A stretch of 25,328 nt of DNA from Candidatus Velthaea sp. Lineage in GTDB: Bacteria > Vulcanimicrobiota > Vulcanimicrobiia > Vulcanimicrobiales > Vulcanimicrobiaceae. A program made the position numbers and the translations under genes. Positions 17,078 to 25,328 of the stretch are shown piece after piece (position 1 is the stretch's first letter; every line of letters begins with the position of its first letter). A model generated the notes under the pieces. That model was not told where the DNA came from. It was given only the letters and a program-made list of their open reading frames with translations, and did no database searches. The DNA is taken from NCBI GenBank assembly GCA_050012475.1, contig JBEKHC010000121.1, positions 1 through 25,328 of the forward strand. The letters run 5' to 3'.

Positions 17078-17112
17078 TCGAACCCTTCGCGGCAGCGCCG
17101 CGAAGGGTTCGA
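17078..17112. terminator. Perfect 16-bp inverted repeat between convergent genes
   Basis: TCGAACCCTTCGCGGC-agc-GCCGCGAAGGGTTCGA; no clear U-tract. Confidence 0.75.
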
Positions 17113-17128
17113 CGCGTCGTTCATTTGC

Positions 17129-17935
17129 TCAAATCGTTTGAGAGAGAAATCCGCCGTCGACGCGAAGATCGATGCCGGTAACGAAACCGCTCGATTTTTG
17201 GCTGGCCAAAAAGACCGCGGCACCTGCTAATTCTGAAGGCTCTCCGAAGCGGGCCATCGGTGTGTGTCCGAGGATCGCTTGGCCGCGCGGCGCGGGGCTT
17301 CCATCTGCGTTGAACAGCAGTCGACGATTTTGTTCTCCCGGAAAGAAGCCGGGCGTGATCGCGTTGACCCTGACGTTGTAAGGCGCCCATTCGCGGGCGA
17401 GAAAAAACGTAAGGTTGAGTACGGCGGCCTTGGCGGCCGAATACGCGACGACGTTTGATAGGGGCAGGTGTGCGGAAACGCTCGCGACGTTGATGATGCT
17501 GCCCTTACGAGCGGCCTTCATCCGCGGACCGAGCACCTGACATGGCAAAAGCGCTCCGCCCACAAGGTTGAGGTCGAAATTCGCGCGCCAATCGGCGGCG
17601 TCGATCTCCTCGAAGGTCCGTTTCGGCCCAATGGTGACCCGCGGATCGTTGCCGCCCGCTGCGTTGACGAGGATGGTCGGATTACCGAACCGGCGGGTCA
17701 CCGCATCGAGTGCGGCGCGCAGCGAACCAGCGTCGAGTGCGTCGGCAGAAAAAAATTCGGCGCTGCCGCCTTGCGTTGCAATAGCGCGCGCTCGTTCCTC
17801 CCCGTGCTCGACGTTGCGGCCCAGCACCGCGACCTCGGCGCCGGCGCCGGCCAGCCCTTCGGCGATCGCGCCGCCGAGCACGCCGGTGGCGCCGACAACC
17901 ACGGCAACCTCTCCCGCAAGATCAAACAGGTTCAC
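17129..17935 (-). CDS. SDR oxidoreductase (mannonate/gluconate dehydrogenase-like)
   Basis: VVGATGVLGG, LVNAAGGN, SIINVAS, AYSAAKAA, VRVNAITPGFF, GHTPMARFG, VDGGF. Confidence 0.92.
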   Translation of the reverse strand: MNLFDLAGEVAVVVGATGVLGGAIAEGLAGAGAEVAVLGRNVEHGEERARAIATQGGSAEFFSADALDAGSLRAALDAVTRRFGNPTILVNAAGGNDPRVTIGPKRTFEEIDAADWRANFDLNLVGGALLPCQVLGPRMKAARKGSIINVASVSAHLPLSNVVAYSAAKAAVLNLTFFLAREWAPYNVRVNAITPGFFPGEQNRRLLFNADGSPAPRGQAILGHTPMARFGEPSELAGAAVFLASQKSSGFVTGIDLRVDGGFLSQTI

Positions 17936-18079
17936 GCGTTCCCCGCCCCTTCTCGCCGCGTTTGTTCGTGCGGCTCTTACGGGCGTGCGGTGCGCATTCT
18001 TGCAGCCGCCGATGGCCGGCGCACGAATCCCGCGCGGCGCCCACCGCGAGTCTGGGGCTACCGCACTCCCGTGGTGGTC

Positions 18080-18526
18080 TTAGGGTGCGGCGTACGTGAC
18101 CACGACGGTGCGCGAGCCCCAGTTGAGCGCTCGCGTGCACGAACGCATCGCCAAATCGATGTGCCGCCCGCGAATCAATCCGCCGGTATCGGTTGCCCGG
18201 CCGTACCCGTAGCCGGGCACGTAGAATCGGGTTCCAAAAGGAAAGACGCTGGTGTCGACCGCGATCGTCCCGGGCCCGGCGACCGTGCCGCTCGCGGTCC
18301 GGTTCGTGTTGAGAAAGCATCCGCGGGCGCTGGAGTCGACGACATACGCGGTCGCGCGCACCGCGATGCGCAACCAGGATTTGCGCAAAATCGAGGTGCG
18401 GACGTTGGTTGCGCCGGCAGGCCGGTGATGTGCGACGTGCGCGCGTTTGGCGACGGCAATTTTGTCGGATGAAAAGCCCGTGGTGGAAAAGAATACCGCG
18501 CTGGCCACGATTGCGAGTGTTTTCAT
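18080..18526 (-). CDS. Secreted 3D (Asp-Asp-Asp) domain protein, peptidoglycan lytic transglycosylase-like
   Basis: VRATAY...TASG...IAVDTSVFPFGTRFYVPGYGYGRATDTGGLIRGRHIDL; N-terminal signal. Confidence 0.9.
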   Translation of the reverse strand: MKTLAIVASAVFFSTTGFSSDKIAVAKRAHVAHHRPAGATNVRTSILRKSWLRIAVRATAYVVDSSARGCFLNTNRTASGTVAGPGTIAVDTSVFPFGTRFYVPGYGYGRATDTGGLIRGRHIDLAMRSCTRALNWGSRTVVVTYAAP

Positions 18527-18828
18527 TGGCGTTCACCAAGCGGCGAACAAAGAACCCTCCTTTAGCGAGCGTTGGTGCACTGGGCGCGCCGGATCGAGGC
18601 GAAGCGCGTTGATTGCGCTCGACGATCGGGTCTGGCGAAATGCTGTCACAAGACAGTCAGCGCGCGATGGCAACCGATTGCAGATTGCGAATTCCGTTAT
18701 CAGATTCGCTGCTGCCTGAACGAAGCGGAAAGGGTCGCACTCCGTCGTGGCTAGTCTGCCCGAAGAACGTACCCCATGCTACTGCTTTTGACGCTAACCT
18801 GTCCAAGCCACCGACGCATTGTCAAGGA

Positions 18829-19028
18829 ATTGTGAAGCAGCGCACAATAGATGCATCTCTTCTTACGCGCAGCTCTGCATCACGATGCAGGAACATTTGC
18901 GCTGCCGCAACGCGAACGATTCTTAAATGCAACAAGCGAAACGTTCTTAAAATAAAGCAGCGCGGATTATCTTTAGCATGCACCAACAGGATGCAGCAAA
19001 AGGATGCGGCAACGTGAACGATTCTCAA
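18829..19028. promoter_or_regulatory. AT-richer divergent intergenic region with a CRP-like palindrome and direct repeats
   Basis: TGTGA-N6-GCACA (18831-18846); GCAACG(C/T)GAACGATTCT(T/C)AA at 18907-18926 and 19009-19028; AGGATGC(A/G)GCAA x2. Confidence 0.55.
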
Positions 19029-19167
19029 TAGAGAGAATAGCTGCGCGGCGGTGCGGTGCGAAATCGCGGCGAGTGTTGTGGGCGAATATTCTTGCAGCCG
19101 AAGGCAGTACTGGCGACATTTTCACCGCGCTCTCACCCCGCGCATGGTAGCATTCGCGTTCATCCGG

Positions 19168-19422
19168 ATGGATGAGCGAGTAGCGCGCTGCGACCTTTGC
19201 ATCAAACGTACTGCGGGCCCATCAGGTGGGCGTTTGGCATTGCATGCTCAAGCTGCGCTCGAGCTCGATCGGCCCGGCGCACCGCTGCGATCCGTCGAGC
19301 TGGGACGTTTCGACTACGTCACCGCCGACGGCCGCACGGGAACGTTTACACCCGAGCTCATGGCGCACGGGTTCGCGTTGCCGCCGGCGCTGGTCGTATC
19401 GACGGTGAACGTTCTGCTCTGA
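19168..19422 (+). CDS. Small hypothetical protein with N-terminal CxxC
   Basis: MDERVARCDLC...VELGRFDYVTADGRTGTFTPELMAHGF; no clear RBS. Confidence 0.45.
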   Translation: MDERVARCDLCIKRTAGPSGGRLALHAQAALELDRPGAPLRSVELGRFDYVTADGRTGTFTPELMAHGFALPPALVVSTVNVLL

Positions 19423-19629
19423 ATATTCTCTCGCGCAAAGGATCGCGTTTATGGATCAAAAACGCGACCGGCTGGTTCGTTCCCGCAACACTTTCCGCAG
19501 CGCAATTAACGTCGAACCTGACCATTTGGCGGCATCGGCGGCGCCGGATCGCCGCCGGAAAAAAGGGGCCCGGGAGAGCGCCCCTAAGATGCGCATGGGC
19601 GACTCCGCTCGGCCGCGGGAGAGGCGATC

Positions 19630-20283
19630 ATGAGCATCGATGCCGGACAGCTCAAGATGATCTTAGCGGAACTCGCGGCAACGATCGCGTCGCACGCGAC
19701 CGAATTGGGCGAACTGGACCGGGCGATCGGCGACGGCGACCATGGCATCAACCTGTCCCGCGGCTTCGGTGCGGTCGCCGAGCACCTCGATGAGATCGCA
19801 TTTCTCCCCCCGGACAAAGCGTTGATCGAGGTGGGAAAGCGTTTGGTGATGACCGTCGGAGGAGCTTCGGGGCCGCTCTACGGGACATTCTTCATGTCGC
19901 TGGGCAAGGCGCTCGGCGGCTCCGAGCCGGTCACGCGCGAACGGCTGTTTGCAGCGTTGGATGCAGCCGTCGCTGCGGTGAAGGCCCGCGGTAAATCCGA
20001 GGTCGGGCAGAAGACCCTGCTCGACGTGCTGATTCCCGTTCAGACCGAATTGCACGCCGGCGACGCCGACCTCGTCCGTCGCCTGCGGGCTCGGGCGCAA
20101 GCCGCAGCGGCGGCAACGATTCCGATGCGCGCGCAGCGCGGGCGGGCGGCGTTCTTGGGCGAGCGCAGCATCGGACACCTCGATCCCGGAGCGCGCTCGA
20201 GTCAACTGCTGATCGATGCGGTGTGCGATGCGCTGTCGCGCGACGCTGCAGCAGCCGCCGCGGAACCGCACCGTGCCGAGTGA
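19630..20283 (+). CDS. dhaL: Dihydroxyacetone kinase ADP-binding subunit L
   Basis: LDRAIGDGDHGINL, VGGASGPLYGT, GQKTLLDVL, RGRAAFLGERSIGHLDPGARS; GGGAGAGG RBS. Confidence 0.95.
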   Translation: MSIDAGQLKMILAELAATIASHATELGELDRAIGDGDHGINLSRGFGAVAEHLDEIAFLPPDKALIEVGKRLVMTVGGASGPLYGTFFMSLGKALGGSEPVTRERLFAALDAAVAAVKARGKSEVGQKTLLDVLIPVQTELHAGDADLVRRLRARAQAAAAATIPMRAQRGRAAFLGERSIGHLDPGARSSQLLIDAVCDALSRDAAAAAAEPHRAE

Positions 20284-20674
20284 TTTGGCAAACGTGGGGA
20301 TCGTGATCGTTTCGCACTCGCCGGACGTCGCGCGCGGCGCAGCCGATATGGTTCGGCAAATGGTGGGATCGGACGTCCCGCTGGCCTGGTGCGGCGGCGA
20401 TCCGGCCGGCGGTTTGGGGACCAGCGTAGCGGCAATAACCGCGGCGATCGATGCCGCTTGGTCCGAGCGCGGCGTCGCCGTGCTGGTCGATTTGGGCGGA
20501 GCGGAGACGAACGCCGAGATGGCGATCGAACAGCTGCCCGCGGACCGGCAGTCCCGGGTCGCGATCTGCGCGGCGCCGATCGTCGAAGGCGCCGTCGTGG
20601 CCGCAACCGAGGCCGGCGGCGGCTCGTCACTGGCGGACGTCCGCCGTGCCGCAGAGGAGTTTTATGCACGCTGA
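20273..20674 (+). CDS. dhaM: DHA kinase phosphotransferase subunit M (EIIA-Man-like)
   Basis: VGIVIVSHS, GGLGTS, LVDLGGAETNAEMA, APIVEGAVVAA; start GTG 20273 or TTG 20285. Confidence 0.92.
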   Translation: MPSDLANVGIVIVSHSPDVARGAADMVRQMVGSDVPLAWCGGDPAGGLGTSVAAITAAIDAAWSERGVAVLVDLGGAETNAEMAIEQLPADRQSRVAICAAPIVEGAVVAATEAGGGSSLADVRRAAEEFYAR

Positions 20675-21017
20675 CGGTGAGTCCCGAGGGGCGGATCGGG
20701 CGGCGCCGCTGCGCGCGAGCGGGTCGGCCGTGCTCGCTCATGTCAATGGTCTTCATGCCCGTCCGGCGATCAAGTTGACGCGGCTCGCGAAGCGCTTCAG
20801 CGCGAACATTCGGGTCGCGGCAACGGCCGGTGGGCCATGGACGGATCTCAAGAGTATCGTCAAAGTCATGGCCATGAAAACGCCCAGCGGAGCGACGCTC
20901 TATTTTGAGTCCGAAGGCGACGATGCGCGCGCTGCCGTTGACGCGCTCATCGCGCTCGTCGAGCGGGATTTCGTGACGGGCGAAGACGACGATGCGGCCG
21001 CGGCCCGGCAGGGATGA
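20664..21017 (+). CDS. ptsH: HPr family phosphocarrier protein
   Basis: GLHARPA, DLKSIVKVM, EGDDARAAVDAL; GAGGAG RBS before ATG 20664. Confidence 0.9.
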   Translation: MHADGESRGADRAAPLRASGSAVLAHVNGLHARPAIKLTRLAKRFSANIRVAATAGGPWTDLKSIVKVMAMKTPSGATLYFESEGDDARAAVDALIALVERDFVTGEDDDAAAARQG

Positions 21018-21024
21018 CACCGCG

Positions 21025-22662
21025 ATGACGAGCGAGACGCGGTCGCTGCACGGTACGCCCGCGGCTCCCGGCCTGGCACGCGGGCCAGTCTACGTTCTCG
21101 ATGCGTTCGAAGAGGCACCGGTGGCGGGGACGACGCCGCGAACGCCGGCGCGAACCGCTGCGGGCGAAACGCGTTCGCTGCGTGAAGCGCTGTCGCGCGC
21201 TTGCGCGGAGTTGACCAGGCTGCAAAGCACGGCCGCCGACGCCGACGCGCGGGCAATCTTAGAGTTTCAGCTTGCGATGCTCGAAGACGAATCGTTAGCG
21301 GAACCGGCGTTTGAAGCCATCGACCGCGGCGTCCCGGTCAACGGCGCGTGGCTTACGACGCTTGACGCCCAAATCGCCGATTACGAGGACTCGGCCGACG
21401 AATATTTTCGCGCGCGCGCCTCCGATTTGCGCGACATTCGCGACCGCGTCGCGCGCGCGTTGACGGGCACGGTGCTCGCGGCGATCCCGGCGGGGTCCAT
21501 CGTCGTCGCCGCCGACCTGTTACCCTCGCACTTCTTGGAAATCCGCTGGGAGGGCGGCGGCATCGCGCTCTTCGAGGGCAGTTCGAGTTCGCATTTGGCG
21601 ACGCTTGCACGCGCTCGAGGCGTTCCGATGATCGTGCAGATGGCTCGTGCGGCGTTCGCACCGAACGACGAGGCGCTGTTGGATGCGGATGCGGGGCTGC
21701 TGATTGCAGCACCCGACGAAGAAGCGGTGCGGCTCTTCGACGAACGCTTTGGGACCGCGCAGCGAACCGCGGCAACCGAACAGACGTTTCTGACCGCGCC
21801 CGCGGCGACGGCGAACGGCGAGCGCGTGCAGGTGCTGCTCAACGTTGCGCAGCGTTCCGAGCTCGACGCGATCTCTCCCGCGCACTGCGACGGGATCGGA
21901 GTGGTACGCACCGAGCTCATGCTGGACAGCCTCGCGGACCTGCGCGACGAGGAGCGGCAATACCTCGCGTATCGCGAGATCGTCGATTGGGCGCAGGGCA
22001 AACCCGTGACCTTTCGGACGCTGGACGCGGGCGGCGACAAACCGATCGAAGGATACACGCTGCCGGATGAGTCGAACCCCTATCTCGGCGTGCGCGGTGT
22101 GCGGCTCTCGCTGCTCCATCCGGAGATTGCGACGGTGCAGTTGCGCGCGTTCGCTCGTGTCGCGGTGCTCGGCCCGGTGAAAATCATGGTCCCGATGGTT
22201 ACGCGACCCAGCGAGATGGATCGCATGCGCGAATTGCTGACGGCGGCTGTCCGGGCGTTGCGTGCTGACGGCGCGGCGTGCGCCTTGCCCGAGCTGGGCA
22301 TGATGGTCGAAGTGCCGGCCGCCGCGCTCACCCTCGATTTGTTCGCAGCCGACTTCCTCTCGATCGGCTCGAACGATTTGATTGCGTATCTGACGGCGTG
22401 CGGACGCGACAGCGACCGCCTCGCAGCGCTCGCGGATCCGCTGGCGCCCGCCGTGCTGCGGACGCTCGAAATGATCGTGCGGGCGGCACGTGCGCGAACC
22501 ATCGACGTAAGTTTATGCGGTGATATGGCCAGCGATGAACGCTATCTTCGGCCTTTGCTCGAGACGGGCTTGCGCAGCTTTTCCGTTGCGCCGGCCGCGC
22601 TCGCGCGGGTGAAGGCGACGATTTCGACCGTCGGAGAGCTGCCCGCGCCGCTGCCGGCGTAA
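21025..22662 (+). CDS. ptsI: PEP-protein phosphotransferase (PTS Enzyme I)
   Basis: RARASDLRDI, SSHLATLARARGVP (phospho-His), GIGVVRTE, RTLDAGGDK, ESNPYLGVRG, GMMVEVP, SIGSNDL, SLCGDMA. Confidence 0.93.
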   Translation: MTSETRSLHGTPAAPGLARGPVYVLDAFEEAPVAGTTPRTPARTAAGETRSLREALSRACAELTRLQSTAADADARAILEFQLAMLEDESLAEPAFEAIDRGVPVNGAWLTTLDAQIADYEDSADEYFRARASDLRDIRDRVARALTGTVLAAIPAGSIVVAADLLPSHFLEIRWEGGGIALFEGSSSSHLATLARARGVPMIVQMARAAFAPNDEALLDADAGLLIAAPDEEAVRLFDERFGTAQRTAATEQTFLTAPAATANGERVQVLLNVAQRSELDAISPAHCDGIGVVRTELMLDSLADLRDEERQYLAYREIVDWAQGKPVTFRTLDAGGDKPIEGYTLPDESNPYLGVRGVRLSLLHPEIATVQLRAFARVAVLGPVKIMVPMVTRPSEMDRMRELLTAAVRALRADGAACALPELGMMVEVPAAALTLDLFAADFLSIGSNDLIAYLTACGRDSDRLAALADPLAPAVLRTLEMIVRAARARTIDVSLCGDMASDERYLRPLLETGLRSFSVAPAALARVKATISTVGELPAPLPA

Positions 22663-22675
22663 AAGGAGCAAGACG

Positions 22676-23659
22676 ATGAAGAAGTTTATGAACGGCGTGG
22701 ATACGATGCTGCACGAAAGCCTCGACGGGTTCGCGCATTGCCATCGCGACATCGTTGCGCTCGATCCGGAATATCGCTTCGTGCGCCGAACGAAGGGCAA
22801 GCCCGGCAAGGTCGCGCTCGTTTCAGGCGGCGGCAGCGGGCACGAACCGCTGCACCTCGGATTCGTCGGCACTGGGATGCTCGACGCGGCCTGTCCCGGA
22901 CAGATCTTCACGTCGCCGACGCCCGACCAGATGGTTGCGGCGGCAGAAGCGGTCGACACCGGCGCCGGCGTGCTGTTCATCGTAAAAAACTACGAAGGCG
23001 ATACGATGAATTTCGCGATGGCGGCCGAGCTGCTGGACGACCGGGCGGCGACGCTCATCACGGACGATGATGTGGCGGTCGAGAAGTCGAGTTTCAGCAT
23101 CGGTCGCCGCGGCGTGGCGGGGACGCTCGTCGTCGAGAAAGTCGTCGGCGCTGCAGCGGAGCGCGGCGACGACCTCGCTGCGTTGCGAACGTTGGGCGAG
23201 CTGGTCAACGCTGCGACCCGAACGATGGGCGTGGCTCTCACCAGCTGCACGGTTCCGGCTGCCGGCAAGCCGACGTTCGAGCTAGGTGACGACGAGATGG
23301 AGATGGGCGTCGGCATTCACGGCGAGCCCGGACGGCGCCGCACGGCGCTCAAATCCGCCGACACGATCGCCGCGGAGATCGTCGCGGCGATCGCCGGCGA
23401 TCTCGGCGTACTGGCGCGTGGACCGGTGCTGCTGCTCGTCAACGGTTTCGGCGGCACACCGCTATCCGAACTTTATTTGATGTACAATTCGGCGCGGCAG
23501 CAACTCGAGCAGCGCGGCCTGGAAGTTGGGCGCGGGCTCGTCGGTTCGTTCGTGACGTCGCTCGAAATGGCCGGTTGTTCGATCACCGTCACGGTTTTGG
23601 ACGATACGCTCATCCAACTCTGGGACGCCCCGGTGCACACTGCCGCATTACGCTGGTAA
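22676..23659 (+). CDS. dhaK: Dihydroxyacetone kinase DHA-binding subunit K
   Basis: VSGGGSGHEP, GQIFTSPTP, VKNYEGD, GRRGVAG, GVGIHGEPG, TSLEMAGCS; AAGGAG RBS. Confidence 0.96.
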   Translation: MKKFMNGVDTMLHESLDGFAHCHRDIVALDPEYRFVRRTKGKPGKVALVSGGGSGHEPLHLGFVGTGMLDAACPGQIFTSPTPDQMVAAAEAVDTGAGVLFIVKNYEGDTMNFAMAAELLDDRAATLITDDDVAVEKSSFSIGRRGVAGTLVVEKVVGAAAERGDDLAALRTLGELVNAATRTMGVALTSCTVPAAGKPTFELGDDEMEMGVGIHGEPGRRRTALKSADTIAAEIVAAIAGDLGVLARGPVLLLVNGFGGTPLSELYLMYNSARQQLEQRGLEVGRGLVGSFVTSLEMAGCSITVTVLDDTLIQLWDAPVHTAALRW

Positions 23660-23663
23660 CCCG

Positions 23664-25265
23664 TTAAACCGGAGCGGGTGAAGCGAACGTGCGGCGCAAG
23701 TCTCGTTTGTTGAGCTTGCCGACGCTCGTTTTCGGCAGCTCTTCGGTGAAATAGACGTGCTCGGGAACGGCGAATTTCGAGATTGCACCGAGCGTTACGT
23801 GGCGCATCACTTGCTCGCGGACGTCGGCCGCTTCGAGCTTAGCGCCGAAGCGTTTGACGACGATCGCGGCGGGCCGCTCGCCCCACTTTACATCAGACAA
23901 GCCGATAACGGCAACTTCCGCGACGCCGGGAAGCTGACTGATGATGCTCTCGATCTCGAGCGACGACACCCACTCGCCGCCGGTTTTGATGACGTCTTTG
24001 AGGCGATCGGTAATTTGCAAATAGCCCTGGTCGTTCATCACGCCGATGTCCTGCGTGTGCAAATAGCCGCCTTCCCAAAGCGTTTCCGTTGCCTCCGGGT
24101 TCTTGTAATACGACTGCGTAAGCCAGGGTGCGCGCGCGATGACTTCACCCGGCGTGACCCCGTCGTGCGGAACGTCGGCCAGATCGAAGTCGACGACGCG
24201 CAACTCGACGAGCGGCAAGGCTTGGCCCGCTTTCATGCGCGTGACGACTTCCTCGTCGGTCCCGTGCAAACGTGAAGGTACCGGCGACACCGCGAGCAGC
24301 GGACAGGTTTCCGACATGCCGTAGCCGGTGAATACATCGATGCCGCGTTCGAGCGCGGCCTCGCACAGTGCCCGCGGCATCGCCGAACCGCCAATGATCA
24401 TGCGCAGCCCGCGCAGATCGACGCCGTTGATCGCCGGCGATGTCAACAGCATTTGCAAGATCGTCGGCACGCAATGCGTGATGGTTACTTTTTCGTCGCG
24501 CACGAGCCCGAGTAAGACCTCCGGCACGTAGCGGCCGGGGTACACTTGTTTGCATCCGGCGAGCGTAGCGGTGTACGGAAAGCCCCAAGCATGAACGTGG
24601 AACATCGGTGTCATCGGCATGTACACGTCGTCGTCCCCGGACAGCCGAATCACGGCCAGCGTGGAGAGTGCGTGCAGCACGAGCTGTCGATGCGAGAAGG
24701 AGACGCCTTTGGGCAGACCGGTCGTTCCGGTCGTGTAGAAGCGCGTGGCCGGCGTGTTTTCGTCGAAATCCGCGAAGGCGTGTCGCGGATCGCCGCGTGA
24801 GATGACCTGCTCGTACTCACCCAGTCCCGGCAAGCCGGCGGGGAGCGGACCCGTTTCGCTGATCCAAATGACGCGCTCGACCTTGAGTTCGCTGCGGATC
24901 GCTTCGTACGCCGACAGAAAATCGAGATTGCAGATGAGGATCGACGCTTCAGCGTGATTGATGCAGTACACGATTTGTTCGTTCGACAGCCGCACGTTGA
25001 CGGTCTGAAGGACTGCGCCCAGCATGGGCACCGCAAAGTAGCATTCCAGATAGCGATGGCTGTCCCAGTCCATCATCGCTACCGTATCGCCGGGCCGTAC
25101 GCCCAGTCCGGTTAATGCGCTGCCGAGCCGGCCGATCCGGTCGCGAAGCGTCGGATAACCGTAGCGGCTGCCGTCGCGGTAAACGATTTCTTTGTCGCTA
25201 CCCCGGGTGAGCGGCGTCAGCAGCAGCTTTTTGATAAGCAGAGGAAAGTCGTAGGCAGACATCAT
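23664..25265 (-). CDS. Fatty acid-CoA ligase (AlkK/DmdB-like AMP-binding enzyme)
   Basis: YTTGTTGLPKGV, PMFHVHAWG, GYGMSET, DRLKDVIKTGGEW, LPKTSVGK; AGGAG RBS. Confidence 0.93.
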   Translation of the reverse strand: MMSAYDFPLLIKKLLLTPLTRGSDKEIVYRDGSRYGYPTLRDRIGRLGSALTGLGVRPGDTVAMMDWDSHRYLECYFAVPMLGAVLQTVNVRLSNEQIVYCINHAEASILICNLDFLSAYEAIRSELKVERVIWISETGPLPAGLPGLGEYEQVISRGDPRHAFADFDENTPATRFYTTGTTGLPKGVSFSHRQLVLHALSTLAVIRLSGDDDVYMPMTPMFHVHAWGFPYTATLAGCKQVYPGRYVPEVLLGLVRDEKVTITHCVPTILQMLLTSPAINGVDLRGLRMIIGGSAMPRALCEAALERGIDVFTGYGMSETCPLLAVSPVPSRLHGTDEEVVTRMKAGQALPLVELRVVDFDLADVPHDGVTPGEVIARAPWLTQSYYKNPEATETLWEGGYLHTQDIGVMNDQGYLQITDRLKDVIKTGGEWVSSLEIESIISQLPGVAEVAVIGLSDVKWGERPAAIVVKRFGAKLEAADVREQVMRHVTLGAISKFAVPEHVYFTEELPKTSVGKLNKRDLRRTFASPAPV

Positions 25266-25328
25266 TGCAGCTCCTGGAAGTTCGCGCTTTTTTAGACGCG
25301 CTCACTTCGATCTGTGCAACAAGCCTTC

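Noticed and set aside
18668..18682. Sigma54 promoter-like TGGCAACCGATTGCA
   Set aside because: GG-to-GC spacing is 9 nt rather than the required 10.
18530..18820. c-di-AMP (ydaO) riboswitch upstream of the 3D-domain gene
   Set aside because: Plausible by context, but the conserved motifs were not found by eye; an Rfam scan would settle it.
19451..19633. 60-aa ORF overlapping the dhaL start
   Set aside because: Low-information composition and no family signal; likely the dha leader region.

Overview
GC-rich bacterial accessory/metabolic region; no rRNA, tRNA, CRISPR array or IS element could be supported. Left to right: 3' end of an SDR; secreted beta-lactamase-like serine hydrolase; a compact cassette of an 80-aa Asp/Gly-rich peptide (three 23-aa repeats), a stem-loop, a JmjC/ROX-like Fe(II)/2OG oxygenase and a sucrase/ferredoxin-like [2Fe-2S] protein; opposite-strand VOC, ABM and truncated alpha/beta hydrolase genes; Tat-exported MBL-fold hydrolase; broken XRE-MmyB regulator; secreted hypothetical; PhnB-like VOC/YciI/ECF42-type sigma operon (sigma broken near its 3' end) with a matching promoter; metC; small secreted protein; dienelactone hydrolase; J-domain protein; phasin-like protein; SDR; 3D-domain protein; repeat-rich regulatory spacer; PTS-dependent dihydroxyacetone kinase operon (dhaL-dhaM-HPr-EI-dhaK); acyl-CoA ligase. 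The best candidate for an undescribed system is the repeat peptide-JmjC-Fe/S cassette (2363-4872), which resembles a RiPP-like peptide-hydroxylation module. Three genes appear to carry short internal deletions. Family calls come from motif recognition, not database searches.
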